The translations under genes were made by a program, and so were the position numbers. From Balanoglossus misakiensis (taxonomy: Eukaryota; Animalia; Hemichordata): a DNA stretch of 64,000 bases. The number at the start of each line of letters is the position of its first letter. The stretch's first letter is position 1. Below the pieces are notes generated by a model. The model did no database searches. It was not told where the DNA came from and saw only the letters and a program-made list of their open reading frames with translations. The stretch is taken from positions 12,148,415 through 12,212,414 of the forward strand of contig CM082582.2 in the NCBI GenBank assembly GCA_040954595.2, read 5' to 3'. Positions 24,526 to 37,600 of the stretch are shown here, one piece after another.

Positions 24526-26436
24526 TCAGAGAGTGACGTTCTCAGGTGTGTCTGGTACTGTGAGATTCTCAAGGTTGTGTCTGATGTCTTCCACTCCTTT
24601 CTTGGCAGAATGGGCCAATTCCGTCACTTCTGTGTTGATTTTGTCAATCACCCATTCCATAGCTTGCCTTCCCTGTACGACAAATGTTGAATTACGTGGC
24701 GTTAATGTGAACACAATCAGATGTCTCAGTGAGATAACTGACCTGAACTGCTGGAAATTAAACGACCACATTAACGATTAAAATGTGGTCAATTTGAGAA
24801 CATGATCATTACTTTCTTGAATAGTGTTCAATTTTATGTCCGTGTGATTTAAGTACGCAGAATTGATTAGCTTACATTGCAAATATGACAAAAATCTTCA
24901 CCTTTCCGCTACAGTACTTTGATTTTGATCCGATTGTTTTCAAAAATGTATCAGTCAGAGATCGGTCACACAGTTCACAGTCCAATCATAACACAAGCCA
25001 AAGGTTTTGCCGGGATTACGTGATCTGAGCAGTTGATGAAGTTGTGAGATGATGATTCATTACGTGTAGTCCTTACCTGAGCTGCTTTGGAAGACATTGT
25101 GTTGACAACTAACTGCTCCACGTAACTACCAAGGCTTATTCCTTTTACTGTAATGGTTGCTTCTTGCTTCAACAATGTTCTGCAAGAAATTTTTCACATT
25201 AGATTTGGATACAAACGAATTACGAACAAACGAAATAAATTGCATAATTTTGTTCTAAATAAGTAATGTAGACAAGAGGGTGATAAAAATAAGTTAATAT
25301 TATCTAATGCTGGATTAACTGAAGCAAAGTACACACTACCCACCAGACACGAGCTGATACCAAAGTATAACATGCCAAGTAGTTCATGGTACAATCAACC
25401 TAGCACTCTAAAATTTGAAAACAACGTTTTGGTTTCCTTCATGGAAAATACCACACAAATAACATTCTAAGTACTTACGCGTCTTTATCTGTGGGATGAG
25501 GTGCATAGGTCAGTTTTTCATCAATAGCTACCCAGCTATTAAATGTCACCTGTAGTGAAAGCAAAGAAGACAAAACTAGCTGAAACATCTCCTTTACCAG
25601 CATAACGTTTCTAGACATTTTACAAAAAAAAGGCCCAAACAAACCAAAAAACTTGTATCTTGTATTTTATAAATGATGTGCATAAAGAAGTCGAAGTTTG
25701 GTGTTAACTTACATTATGTGATTTTAATGTTAATGTTTTTGCTTGTATGTCCACCACTGATTTTTCACTGGCATGGCACACTCTATCTGCTCCTACAATC
25801 TGTATGTAGAAAAATGAAGAAAGCAATTAAGTTAAAAAAAATTGCCAGTGACCCACGCCTAATACTACAAGAGATACATCTGGAAAAAAAACTGAACAAC
25901 TGATGCAATCACTTACCGAGGTTACCCATCCTGGTAGTCCCCACTCTGTGCTTAAAAGTCTGTGACTTATAAGACGTCCTCGCTTGTCTACAAATCTGTC
26001 TATAACATCTAAACCTACTACGGAAGGATTCATTGGATTGGGATACTTCCTCCATGCTGCTTGTACAACTGTCTCCCATGGATGACTGAAATGAGACAAA
26101 ATATCAACAATATCAGTACTGATTGAATCATAGACTCTAGGGTCTATGATTGAATCAAGCCAACACAGAATACAGATAAGTCAACAAACAATATTATGAA
26201 TTGTTTGTCAAGATTAAAAGTGCTGTCTAAATATGACATAATCATACATAGTTTTATCATCATCTCATACATCGTCGTATACAAGTAAAGAGGATAATTC
26301 CTAGTATTTTTGTATCACGTGTCACGCCCACATAAGCGCACGTACGTCACACTCGCTTTCATCATTCATGGTGTTGGTTTCATTGACGTCGTCATCATCA
26401 CGCGCGCGCGCCGGTATGTCGTCAGTTTCGTCGTAG

Positions 26437-26476
<40 letters not shown>

Positions 26477-26940
26477 CATCTTCAAAAACAAGACAATACT
26501 ACCACAATATTGGACAAAAAAAAACTGTTGGCAAAATCGTGAACGATAGTTGACCTCAACAAAAGGTCAACGTTCATGGATACGGACTTGAAGGTCGCAG
26601 TGATCTTGGTCGTTTGTTTCTTACGATTTCCCCAGTAAAAGCCGCAAAGTAGCTTAGAACGTTTATCTTGGGAAATATGTATACATGTAGTAATGAAGAG
26701 GAAAATTTGGGGATCAAGTTGGTGATCAGACTTCTATCTGTGCGTATATTCCATCAGCTCAAACGAAAACGTGCACAGTAAATTCGTCAACGTGACCGAC
26801 CGGCAGATCGAACGCGACGCCGCGTTACTATGCCAGCGCCACACAGTCTCCCAAAATGCGCAAATGTACACAGTGTAGTCAAAGACCAAACGGTTCCGCA
26901 TTACTTACCTAAATACGTGTTCTGAAGTCCAGATCTTCAT
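24526..26940 (-). CDS. PRELID3B: PRELI domain-containing protein 3 (slowmo homolog; mitochondrial lipid transfer), 202 aa
   Basis: 6 exons: 26909-26940, 25917-26085, 25713-25799, 25479-25549, 25077-25179, 24526-24672 (609 nt). [41 protein letters not shown]...SHRLLSTEWGLP and TLLKQEATITVKG...GRQAMEWVI match the SLMO/PRELID3 family. In an invertebrate this is probably the co-ortholog of PRELID3A and PRELID3B. Confidence 0.95.
26120..26157. mobile_element. Probable DNA-transposon footprint: 20-bp palindrome flanked by a direct repeat
   Basis: catagactctagggtctatg (26129-26148, palindrome with one mismatch) is flanked by attgaat on both sides. The direct repeat can be extended to tgattgaatca (26120-26130 and 26147-26157). 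Confidence 0.5.
26439..26474. repeat. (AT)n microsatellite in PRELID3 intron 1
   Basis: Directly visible. Confidence 0.93.
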
Positions 26941-27728
26941 ATTGAAAGCTAATATCTATAACTTGCCGGCTTCACACACACGTACACTCTCCGGAAAGAT
27001 CACCGAGCAGACTTGCGCAACCTTTCAGTGATCGTGACGTCAAAATGGGATCCATGGAGCCTGTTCACTCCGACCAAAATAAATATCCTACCAAGTAGAT
27101 TTCGTAAATATCGAATAAATGCTTAATTTCACAAGTTTGGTATTAAAGGAGGTAATGATAGATTGACTTAATACTATTATTTTAATAATTTGTATGGACT
27201 ACTGCGCTGTAAAGACAAAATTTATGGAAAAAAGTCCATAGATTACTCCGCGGAATACTACTCTGTCCTGGGGTTATTGAAGGTCACACCATATAATATT
27301 TCGGATAATGCAATAATGTTACATTTATAATGAACACTGTCGCGAAAATAATGGAATTCTTTTTCTTCTAAAGACTAAGTAAACGTTTTGTACCCTATCC
27401 AATTAATTTAACGAACTGAATAGATTTATGCAGGTTAAGATTTTCGGTAGTGTTCGGAAACATTCGGTGGCAAAATGCTACAGGAGGGCTGTAACGATAA
27501 ATCTGATTGGTCAAATTAAAGGTCGGCGGCTGTGATGTGTCCTGGTAGCCTATTGCAGCTGCTGTCCCTCATGAATATTGTTGTTGAGGTTCCATGACAA
27601 CACCGAAGCTCTATTTTCAAAAACAAGATGGCGACGTGCTGTTGCTGGTTGACTGAGTCGGGATTTTAGTAATCAGTCGCATTTGTCGCAATACCTGAAC
27701 TCTGTTGGATATTTTTTAGAGACACGAG
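26941..27728. promoter_or_regulatory. Divergent promoter region PRELID3 / HYDIN, with RFX X-box and probable non-coding HYDIN exon 1
   Basis: The two genes are head-to-head. Near PRELID3: CRE tgacgtca (~27035) followed by aaaatgg. Near HYDIN: inverted CCAAT ctgattgg (~27503), X-box-like GGTTCCATGACAAC (27588-27601), YY1-like aagatggcg (27625-27633) and donor gag|gtaaga after 27728. The acceptor tctgtag at ~28553 leads into the ATG exon. Confidence 0.65.
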
Positions 27729-28608
27729 GTAAGAAATTGTCCAACTTTATCCTTCTACATACTGACAGTAAGCATTTTTCGGTTGATTGCAGCTGTACGT
27801 TATTCGATCTATTCGACTTCCAGAATCAGAACGACCGTCGCCAAGTGATGATTGTTGTCCCTCACAACGATATATGATTTGGAACCCATGTGAAACATTA
27901 ATCGATGATCAACAAAAACCTGGTCAAAACGAAAAAAGTGCAAATGCAAAAAGATAAACAATGAAAGGCCCAAGCTAAAATGCCAGAAAACATAACTGAG
28001 TGAGGTACAAATGTACACCGATCACAAACGTAAACACATCAGTGATCAAGATTATGGATGGGAGCATATTAAATTTTGGATCGGTATAAAATAACATTCG
28101 GAACTAACGAATTGGAGACTGTGCCCACTCAACTGAGTGATATGTTGAGAATCCGTTGTTTCACTAGCTAAATAATCTGTGGTACGTCCACGATCGCGTA
28201 AGTGCACGGTGGTTATGTAATAGCTCTTGTTGCATTACAGCAATGCTTTGAACAAGGACACACACAATACTACAGTAAAATAAATAATTTCATTGAATAA
28301 TATTGACACCAAGAATCTTTTAGTTAAATAGATGCAATGTAGCAATTATTACATTCAACAGTCATATTGCATTATTAAATGCAAGAATTAAATTAAAAGT
28401 AGATTTTAATATACTGAAATATATATATGATTGAAATCCTTACAGAAATAAGATGTATTGTCTGTATCACATCATAATACAAAATAAAACATTTGTTACA
28501 TTTCCTTGTCATGTTGATATGCTATTCTATTTTTACTACCATTTCTTCTGTAGGTTACTGTACCTCAGTTATATTTACATGAATTGAGCAGATAGAAACA
28601 TCAGCAAA

Positions 28609-31600
28609 ATGCCTACTGGGTTAGAGAAGAAAAGCGTGAAGCGGTCAACAGGTGGCAGTGGCGCGCCTGCCTATGCAAGTAAGATCTCTGCCCCAAAGAA
28701 CCCCAAGCTGATCAGAGAAAGGATACCGCCAAAAGTCAAAGTGAGTGATCATCTTTGTTATACTTATAGAGATGGTAAATAGCTCTGTCCAGTTATAAGT
28801 CTGAAATGCTGTATCAACCAATTTTATCATTAGGTTTGATGTTATGTTCCAGCCAAATTTTACAGTATCAACGACTACGTTCTAATATTCATCAGTTTTG
28901 TTTCTTTCATATTTCAGTTTACACCATCATCTTTCATGAAAGAAATAGCGCAGACAACAGATGAGAAATTATCCAACACACATGAAATGAGACTACCCAC
29001 AATCATTGAACTGCTTGATATGGGTGAAACTACTCATCAAAAGGTATGTTGGTTTAAACTACCATTTGAACATTTACCAAAGATGTTATTTTACTTTTAG
29101 AATGAGAACGGTTAAAATTAATCACGTTATTATCTGTTTTATATTACAGTTTACTCAAGTAGACGTAGATGAGCCTATGTTTCAACCATTTCCATCTGAC
29201 ATTACATTTCAACAATACGAACCTTGTGAAGTCTATGAAGTACCTCTCATACTCCGGAACAATGACAAGGTAGGTGTAACACATCTAATTTTACTAGCAC
29301 TTTCTGTAGCTCTTACAATACATAAACCCAGACCCCAAATCATGTAAATTAAAGGCAAGGGTTGCTGACAAGGAGACATTTAGTTGAAAGTGTTTTTTTT
29401 TTTTTTTAAGTAGATATATGTAGTAAATAGATACAGTTATCATTTGTAACACAGTTTCTGTTTCTCCCCTTTTTCACAGGTTCCAAGACTGGTATCGGTT
29501 TACCAGACAGATTCTCCCTATTTCAAAATAATCAGTCCGCCCAATGTTGGACACAAAGTTGCACCAGGCTGTGCTTCTATCTTCAAACTGAAATTTACCC
29601 CTGAAGAAAAGAAGGTGAGTTTACTTTGTAGAGATGTGTGGTCTTGTCAAGTTCTGTAAAGTAATAAATTGATTATTTTTCTTTCAACACTGACATTAAC
29701 TGAGTGAAAATGACCCCTGATGTTGATATATATTGTTGTTGGTTTTCTTTTCCTTCAGGATTACACCCATGAATTGATTTGTATGACGGAGAGGGAGAAA
29801 TTTATTATACCTGTCAGATGTATAGGTGCCCGTGCAATGCTCGATTTCCCGGATGACGCTAATTTTGGTGTTTGTCCAGTCAAATATGCTTCCAGTAAAA
29901 CTCTACTTGTGAGAAATATTGGCAACAAAGAAGCCAGATTTGGTCTCAATGCAGCAGCGTAAGTTATTTTCTTTACAGTAAAAATATATTTAATGAGAAA
30001 TGGAAATTCTTAACTTTTAATACTTCACACTACTGAAAGGAAAATGGATTTATTTATGGTGAGGTTTAAATGCCTGAAAATTGTGTGATGATTCTGGGGT
30101 ATGAAGAAACAGGTCTCTAACAGACAAAGCTGATTTGATTGGCCAAATAATTAATTGTGATTTGTTTTTACTTTCAGACCATACTCTGTCAGCCCCGAGA
30201 ATGGTATTCTGGCTATCAATGACAGCATGCAGGTAGAAGTGACATTCAATCCAACAAAGGTTGGAGATCATGCTGGAGAACTTGTCATTCACTACGATTC
30301 TGGTGAGTTTAATTTTATTCTGTACCATATACATATATATTGTTTGCTTATATTCACAACTGAGTGTATCAGTTCCCAAATGAACAGTGTTTAGTGATTT
30401 ACAATGCAAACAGGGAAGATTTCTTTTGGATTTGGGTTGTTTGTAGAACAGCACGTGACAGTAGTTGGCTTTCTTATCACTTCACAGGTGAAGACGTATT
30501 TGTGAATTTATATGGTGGAGCTATCGATGCCAATGTGAGGCTAGATAAAAACACACTGCGGATCGAAAACACCTACATCTCAATGGCCAATCAGAGGACT
30601 GTCAACATCTCCAACAGAAGTGATGTCATTGTACATTACCAGTGGAAGCCGTTTGCCACTCAAGAGGAAGAAGACCAACAAAAACAAAGGTAAAATCTGA
30701 TAAATATTACATTTTTTTTGTATTTTCAGAAATACATGATCCCTTTAAAAATCTACTTGATGTGTTTTTAGCCATATCTTAGAAATCTTTCTAATATTGG
30801 TTTTCTTTACTTTAGATTTTGTCATGATCTATCATCTGAAGAAGAAATGGAAAGAGACAGATTTCTTGAAGAATGTATTACAGACCCAACACTCAGAGAC
30901 AAGATGTCGTTACTGACAAGGACTTTCAAAAACAGAAGAAGAGTAAGTTATATTATTTTGAATAAAATGTAACATGTAGACACATCACTTCAGGGTGTAC
31001 ACAAATAATTTAAACTCACAGCAAATCTTCTGCATATTGGTAGAAGCTTACACGAGTCCTACTTTTTACACTCCAGCTCGTTGAGGGTGACAATATGCTC
31101 TTCTCTGATGACGTATTCTCCATCGAGCCAGTGGAAGGGGACATCTGGCCCAACACCTCAGCCGAAATCAACATCATCTACCAACCTCAGGAAGCCAGGC
31201 CGTATCAATGCACTGCATACTGTGACATCACAGGAAGGGAGTCTCGTCTTCCATTGCGCATCCACAGTAATGGCGTTGGCCCAACTGTTCAGTTTTCATT
31301 CGACGACCTCGACTTGGGAAATATATTTGTTGGATCAGTACACACCTATGAGGTAGGTGGCTGAGATTGGTGGACCTTTCAACCTGAGAATAATTGTATA
31401 TATTAATTTCTGATGGTTAATCAGATTTTGTCATTTTCTGTTTTCAGACCTTTGACATGTACTACCGGGGTAATGACCATTTTGCACGTTTGTTTATTTC
31501 CACAGGTTGTGCTGGCCAACAAAGGTGACATTGATGCTCTTTACAACTTGATTCCGTCCAATTCAACATTCGGCCCACAGTTTACCTTCAATCCGAATGA

Positions 31601-34600
31601 AGGCATTGTGATGCCTGGTGGTCACCAAGCAATACAGATTACATTCTGTTCACCCATTCTGGGTGATTTCGATGAAGATTTCTACTTCTGTGTGGATGGC
31701 TCACCTCAGAAACTCAAACTTAACTTCAGAGGCTGTGTTATTGGACCAACATTCCACTTTGATGTTCCCAAATTGAAGTTTGGCTCCGTCTCCTATGGTA
31801 AGTAGAACACAAAATGCAGAAAAACTCTGTATGTGGTAAAAGTATTTGAAAAGATGTTATGTTCTGATCCCCATTTGCAAACTATTGTAACACCTACTTA
31901 GAAAACTTGATCTTTTATTTGAACCAGGCTTTAAGAGTACACAGAGTGCCACACTCTCCAACACATCATTGGTACCAATGACCTTTCACCTCCGTGTACC
32001 TGGTGACGGCACAGGTGAGGTGATAGATGCAGCCGTAGATGATACGCTGAATAAAACACCTGGTGTCAATCCGGCCATGGAATTCAAAATTCTACCAAGT
32101 ACAGGAACCATTGATCCACAGAGTGAGAAAGAAATCAAGGTATGAAATGTGTACTCTTCTCTTTTAATGATTCATTACATTAAACCATGTTTCTTTTGAA
32201 TTGTGTGTGAGAGAAGTTTCCTTTATTTTCCATTATTTATTTTATGTGTCAAATTCCCAGGATTACCAGCTTGTTTGGTGGTGAATCTGTCAAGTCTGCT
32301 TACAAGCATAAAGGGTACTATTTCAGTGATTAGAGATTGATAATTTTCCTTGTTCTTTCCTCAGGTTGAATTGATCTCTAACACCATCAGAAAGTATGAT
32401 ATGTCTTTGGTGGTTGACATTGAAGGAGTTGGGGAGGAGATTCTTTCATTGCCAATCTCAGCCAAGTAAGTCTTCAAATTCGTTTTCGTTTATATCATTA
32501 AAGTTTAAGGCTCAAATATATGCAAACCATTTACTAACATCATACCAATTCTGTCAAATTACTGGTTAATATATGAGTATGGTCAAAATGTTTATTAACA
32601 TTGTTTGGTTTGACTTGACAGGTGTATTGTCCCAGCCATCGCTGTAGTGACACCTATACTGGACTACAAGAGGTGTTTCCTCAATCACCCATATGAACAG
32701 AATGTTCAACTTTTCAATGACTCTGATCTGCCAGCCAAGTATGATCTGTTGCCACAAGAAGTGGATGAAATGACACCTATCCTGTACAGCAGTCCACAGC
32801 CTAGTGGCATCATCCAGCCGCATAATGTAGTCGACGTTCCACTGGTGATCACACCACAGGCACTGGAAGAACTTGACATTCATTCGTTTTTCCAAATCTT
32901 TGGAAGCGTGGAACCACCAATGGTATGTATCAGTTTCCCATTACTACGAACAGCAATATACAATGTAGTTACAGATGTTTGAATATTGAAGATGCCTGGG
33001 ACACTTCTATTGTATCAGAGAAATTGACAGTTTCTGTTGTATCTCTTTCACAGCAAGTACAACTGTCATGCATTGGAGAAGGCCCTGTGGTACATGTGAA
33101 TCCAACAGACATCGACTATGGCCAGACACCAGTACTGACAGACACCTATCGTACAGTCTTGCTGTCCAATGAATCGCTCATCCCATCTCCATTCACATGT
33201 CAAATGGTACGTAACAGTGTCTTGATAATACAGTATTGCCATATGCTTGAGCTTGTGCTGTATGGAATGTGTGGAATAAGTATTGGACAGGATGAATTTG
33301 AGATTGTAAGTCACTATATGTATGATGTGAAAACTACACGTAAACAGACATTACGTCCTGAAATGAGTCATTCTACTTCACATGTTCAACTCATATTTAT
33401 AAATCTGTTGGAATCACTTGACAGGTGCGTCCCAACTCAGTGTGGAAAGTTGAACCAGAGGAAGGTGTCATTCCACCAGAGGAATCAATGGAGCTTACAG
33501 TGACATGTAATCTGGATGATTGCATAAGGTGAGTGGGATTACCATGATTAATCCAAATCCTCATTTATCTCAGAATGTGGAAAACTCTTCTCTTTACAAT
33601 GTGAACCAAGTTCTCACTTTATTGCATTTGTCTTCTGTTTCTTTCAGATTTCAAGACAAACTTGCCATCAATTTTGTCAATAGCCAAGTGCGTACAGTGT
33701 CTGTGTCGGCATACGGCCAGGGCACAACCATTGTATCAGATCCTCCACTTACACCTGCTGTCGACTTGGGACCTCATTTCAGGTAAGCACCCCAAACTTA
33801 ATATCTTGATCATTCCAAGACTGGTCTAATAGGCATGTATCCTACTGATATTATATATTCATGATATGGTCAGGTTATGTCACGCCATGTAGTTATTCTT
33901 GATGTGATTTCCTCTACAGTAACAACCCTTGTACGCGCATCTTCAAGCTGACCAACAGAGGCCGACGTCATCAGCAGATGTTTTGGAGCACTGAGGGATT
34001 CCTTCCAATGAAGAACAGAAAACTACCTGAGATCAATCCAAAGGATGTCAAGTATCAGGTGGGCATCTCTTCAATGTACCCTCTCACCCCCATTTACCTG
34101 TGAATAGGTCCAGTTGTGCCACTGAAAACAATAGAGTTGAACAGATGAAGGGGTGTAGGGTTTGATGAAGTTTGTACTGATGACAACAAACTCTGATCAA
34201 CTTTTTTTTCTGTCTTGCAGCGCATGCCAGTGCCACCTCCACCACCAAGACCAGTGTTCTCTTTGACACCATCTAGATTTGAACTTGACCCAGGCCAAAG
34301 TATAGATGTCTTACTGGAGGGAAGTTCAGATGTGTAAGTTTCTTTTCTTTTCTTTTTGCACAGTTGATACTTTTATGCAGTAGTCATTGTGTTCTTTGAT
34401 ATCATAGAAGAAGAAAAATCTCAGGCAGTCCATTTAATCCAAAATGCTCAAATCTTCCTGTATATCCATTGCAGTCCCAAGGTGGTGAAGGAGAAGCTGA
34501 TATGCCATGCAATCATTGGAAGAGCCAGTGGAAAAGAACGGATCATGAAGACTGACATCAGTGTGGAGTTTATCAGTCCACTCATGGAGTTCTCTACAAA

Positions 34601-37600
34601 ACAGATTGCATTCAGAGTAGAAAAGGTACAAATTCTCTGGTCTTTCTTTCAGGGTAGAAACGTACTGAGTGATCATTCTCATACACAATGCAATGTATTT
34701 TCTTCCAGCTTTGATATTTTTCTCATCTCAAGTTTGGATTTTTTTTTCCTTACAGGGACCCGATGACATCTTAGAAAAACAGTATGGAGAGTTTGAAATA
34801 CATAATGTATCCTCTCTGGCTCTGACCACAAAGTTGTCACTGGAACCACCTTTCCAGATTATTCTTGAAGATGGACAGGAAGTCTCTGAGATGGCAAGTC
34901 AAATTAAGATACAATGTCTGAGTGACTTTCTTTTCAAAAAGGAATATAGCAAGCGTGAGATGTGTAAAAACCAGTGTGTAAAACTTAAGTTGCTTCAAAG
35001 CTATGGATTCTAATGATTTTAAATGTTCCCTTACAGTCCAATTCAACGTTGTTGTTTTTTCCTCTCATCACAGGAAATAATGATGGAAGTTGACCAGTTC
35101 ATGCAAATAAGGATTGTGTTTGACCCTGATTATCAGGATGACAACTACACAAGAACTGCTGATCAGCTCATAACAGTGTCATATGAGGAACATCCACATA
35201 TTGTAAGTTGAATTCTCCTCAGTTCTGTAGATCATAATTTAACAGCTCAAAAAACACAGCTGCAACTATAAACAGATACTGGATAACCAGTTACTGTCTA
35301 CTTTCTCTCTGTGTCAACATAGTCTCTGACATACTTCTGATCTGTAGTCATTATCAATCAATTTGTCTTACAGGATTATGTCAATGTCATAGGAGAAGTT
35401 TTCTTCCCAAATTTAACCTTTGAGAAGATGACCGTTGACTTTGGCTGCATTTTGAATGACACTGAAGTGACACGGTACGTGAACATCACCAACAATAGTC
35501 CCATGCCAGTCAGATACCAGTGGTCCTTCCTGGAACCAGAGACACCCATCACCATTTATCCGAGGGTGGAAGAGGAAGCGCAGATTGTGGAGGAATATGA
35601 GGAAGAGATGCCGGAAGCTGAGATACAGATTACGGATCGTAGCAGCCAGAGAGGAGATGAGGAAGCTGAAGATGAGATGGAGAAGGAAAGAGAAGAGGAT
35701 GAAGGACTTGGAGAGGAGACAAAAGTAAGAGTGTGTTTAGATTTGTGGAGTACTGACATTGTAAAGAGAAAACCTTTGTATTTGCATTGACTCGTGCAGG
35801 AATTTCATGTGATGTGTTGGAAAAAATCTGTCAAAATCAAATCAAAAGCCACCAAGATCGATGTGTACGGTGGGTCTGATCATTGATTTTTGTGTCAAAC
35901 GCAGGATGCAGAAGAAGAGAAAGAGAAAGAGCTGTTGATTGAAATTGAAGAAATAAAAGATGAGCAGATGGGTGAGGAAGAGAAACAAGATGAAACCAAA
36001 GATGTAATGGATGAAGAAAATCAGGTAAATATCAAAAAATTTGACAGTGTCAATTATCATGTCAACCTGTGTGGTTCAACACTTTCTGGTGTTTAACTAC
36101 TGTCATTATTTGGTGAAATTACATCTTTGTTTGATCTCACTTTTACAGGATGAATTAGATGGAGAGAAGGGTCGAAGCACACCAGTTGTGACTATAGAAG
36201 AAGCAATCCGTCCTCCAAGCACAGCATCATTACATGCTGGTGGTGATGGTCCAGGCAGAGGCAAACTTCCATGGCTGAGTGGCATCACAGAGCCAACTAC
36301 ATGTGGCATTGAAGAGGTCAGTTTCTGGACAATGAGAATTATGCACTTTTGTTTATTCGCTTCTCAGATCAACACATCATTAATAAATAACAATAAAGAA
36401 AGGAAGAAAATGTGCATTCTGTATATAGTGAAGTGAGCTTGATATTTTGAGTTTATTTGTATTTTGCAGGTGTTTGATATTCTGCCCTTGTACGGCATGC
36501 TGATGCCAGGTGAAAGTGAAAACATCACTTTTACGTTTTACGGTCATGCTGATATCGGCAGTGAAGCCATGGCCATATGTGATGTGGAAGGTGGACCCAA
36601 ATATGAACTGAATCTGAAAGGAGAGGCTTCCCTAGTGCAGTATCAATTTGATACGAATGATATTGACTATGGAAGAAGGGTAAGTTGACTACTTTTGATC
36701 AAGAGACTCCGTATTTAACTGTGACCGCGTTGTCTGTTCTGACAAAACAAAAAACACTTTCACTCATTTTCATAATTTTCTTTGTGAAAACAAGGAAGGA
36801 AAATGGAAAAGATGAAGTACTGAACTAACTGTCCATTTCTGACTATACAACATTAATGATTTCATTTTCTTATTACAGATGTATGACCAGATCGCTGAGG
36901 CAACAGTTGTCCTGAAGAACACAGGCAAAGTTGGTTTTGACTTTGTGGCTTTGAATATGGACCCTTCCAGCCAAGACAAGCCTGTGCCTGGCATGCCTGT
37001 GATGATCCCACATAGTGGTCACATTGAAGCTCACAGCGAACAGTCTCTGCTCATCAAATTCCTACCTGGAGTGCCAGAGAAATTCCACAAGAGCTTTGAG
37101 GTGAGTCTCAAAATATACCACTTTTGTAAGAAACATGACAACTTCGGATGTGATATAACCCTATTGCTGGTATTTTATCCAGTTATTCTGTATTTGAACT
37201 AATAATAAGTATACAAATTCTGTTTGACAGATCCAAGTTGCCCACTTTGAACCAGACATCATCAATATCCGTGGTGAGGGTGTTTTCCCAAGGGTGTCCC
37301 TGGACCTTCCCAGATTTGCTGATGAGGAAGGCCGATACACATCCCTGATGAAAGAGGCCAAGGAAGTTCTCGGCAAAGACACAAAGAAACCGGACAAGGA
37401 GGATCGACCAATCAGTGGTGTCAGTACTCCACATCCAAAAGAAGCCAGCGAAGATATCAAATCGATCGCTTCTGTGCAGGTTAGTCCATAACTATCATCC
37501 AATATGCCATTATAAATATGTCATTGTTATGTCCTCAAGTGAACGCCTTGCTTTAATTACTGAAATTTCCAGTTGAACACAATATGTTATGTATGACAAA

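Noticed and set aside
26113-26263. Possible C/D-box snoRNA in PRELID3 intron 1
   Set aside because: Box-like words exist on the minus strand, but there is no terminal stem or recognisable rRNA guide and the spacing is long.
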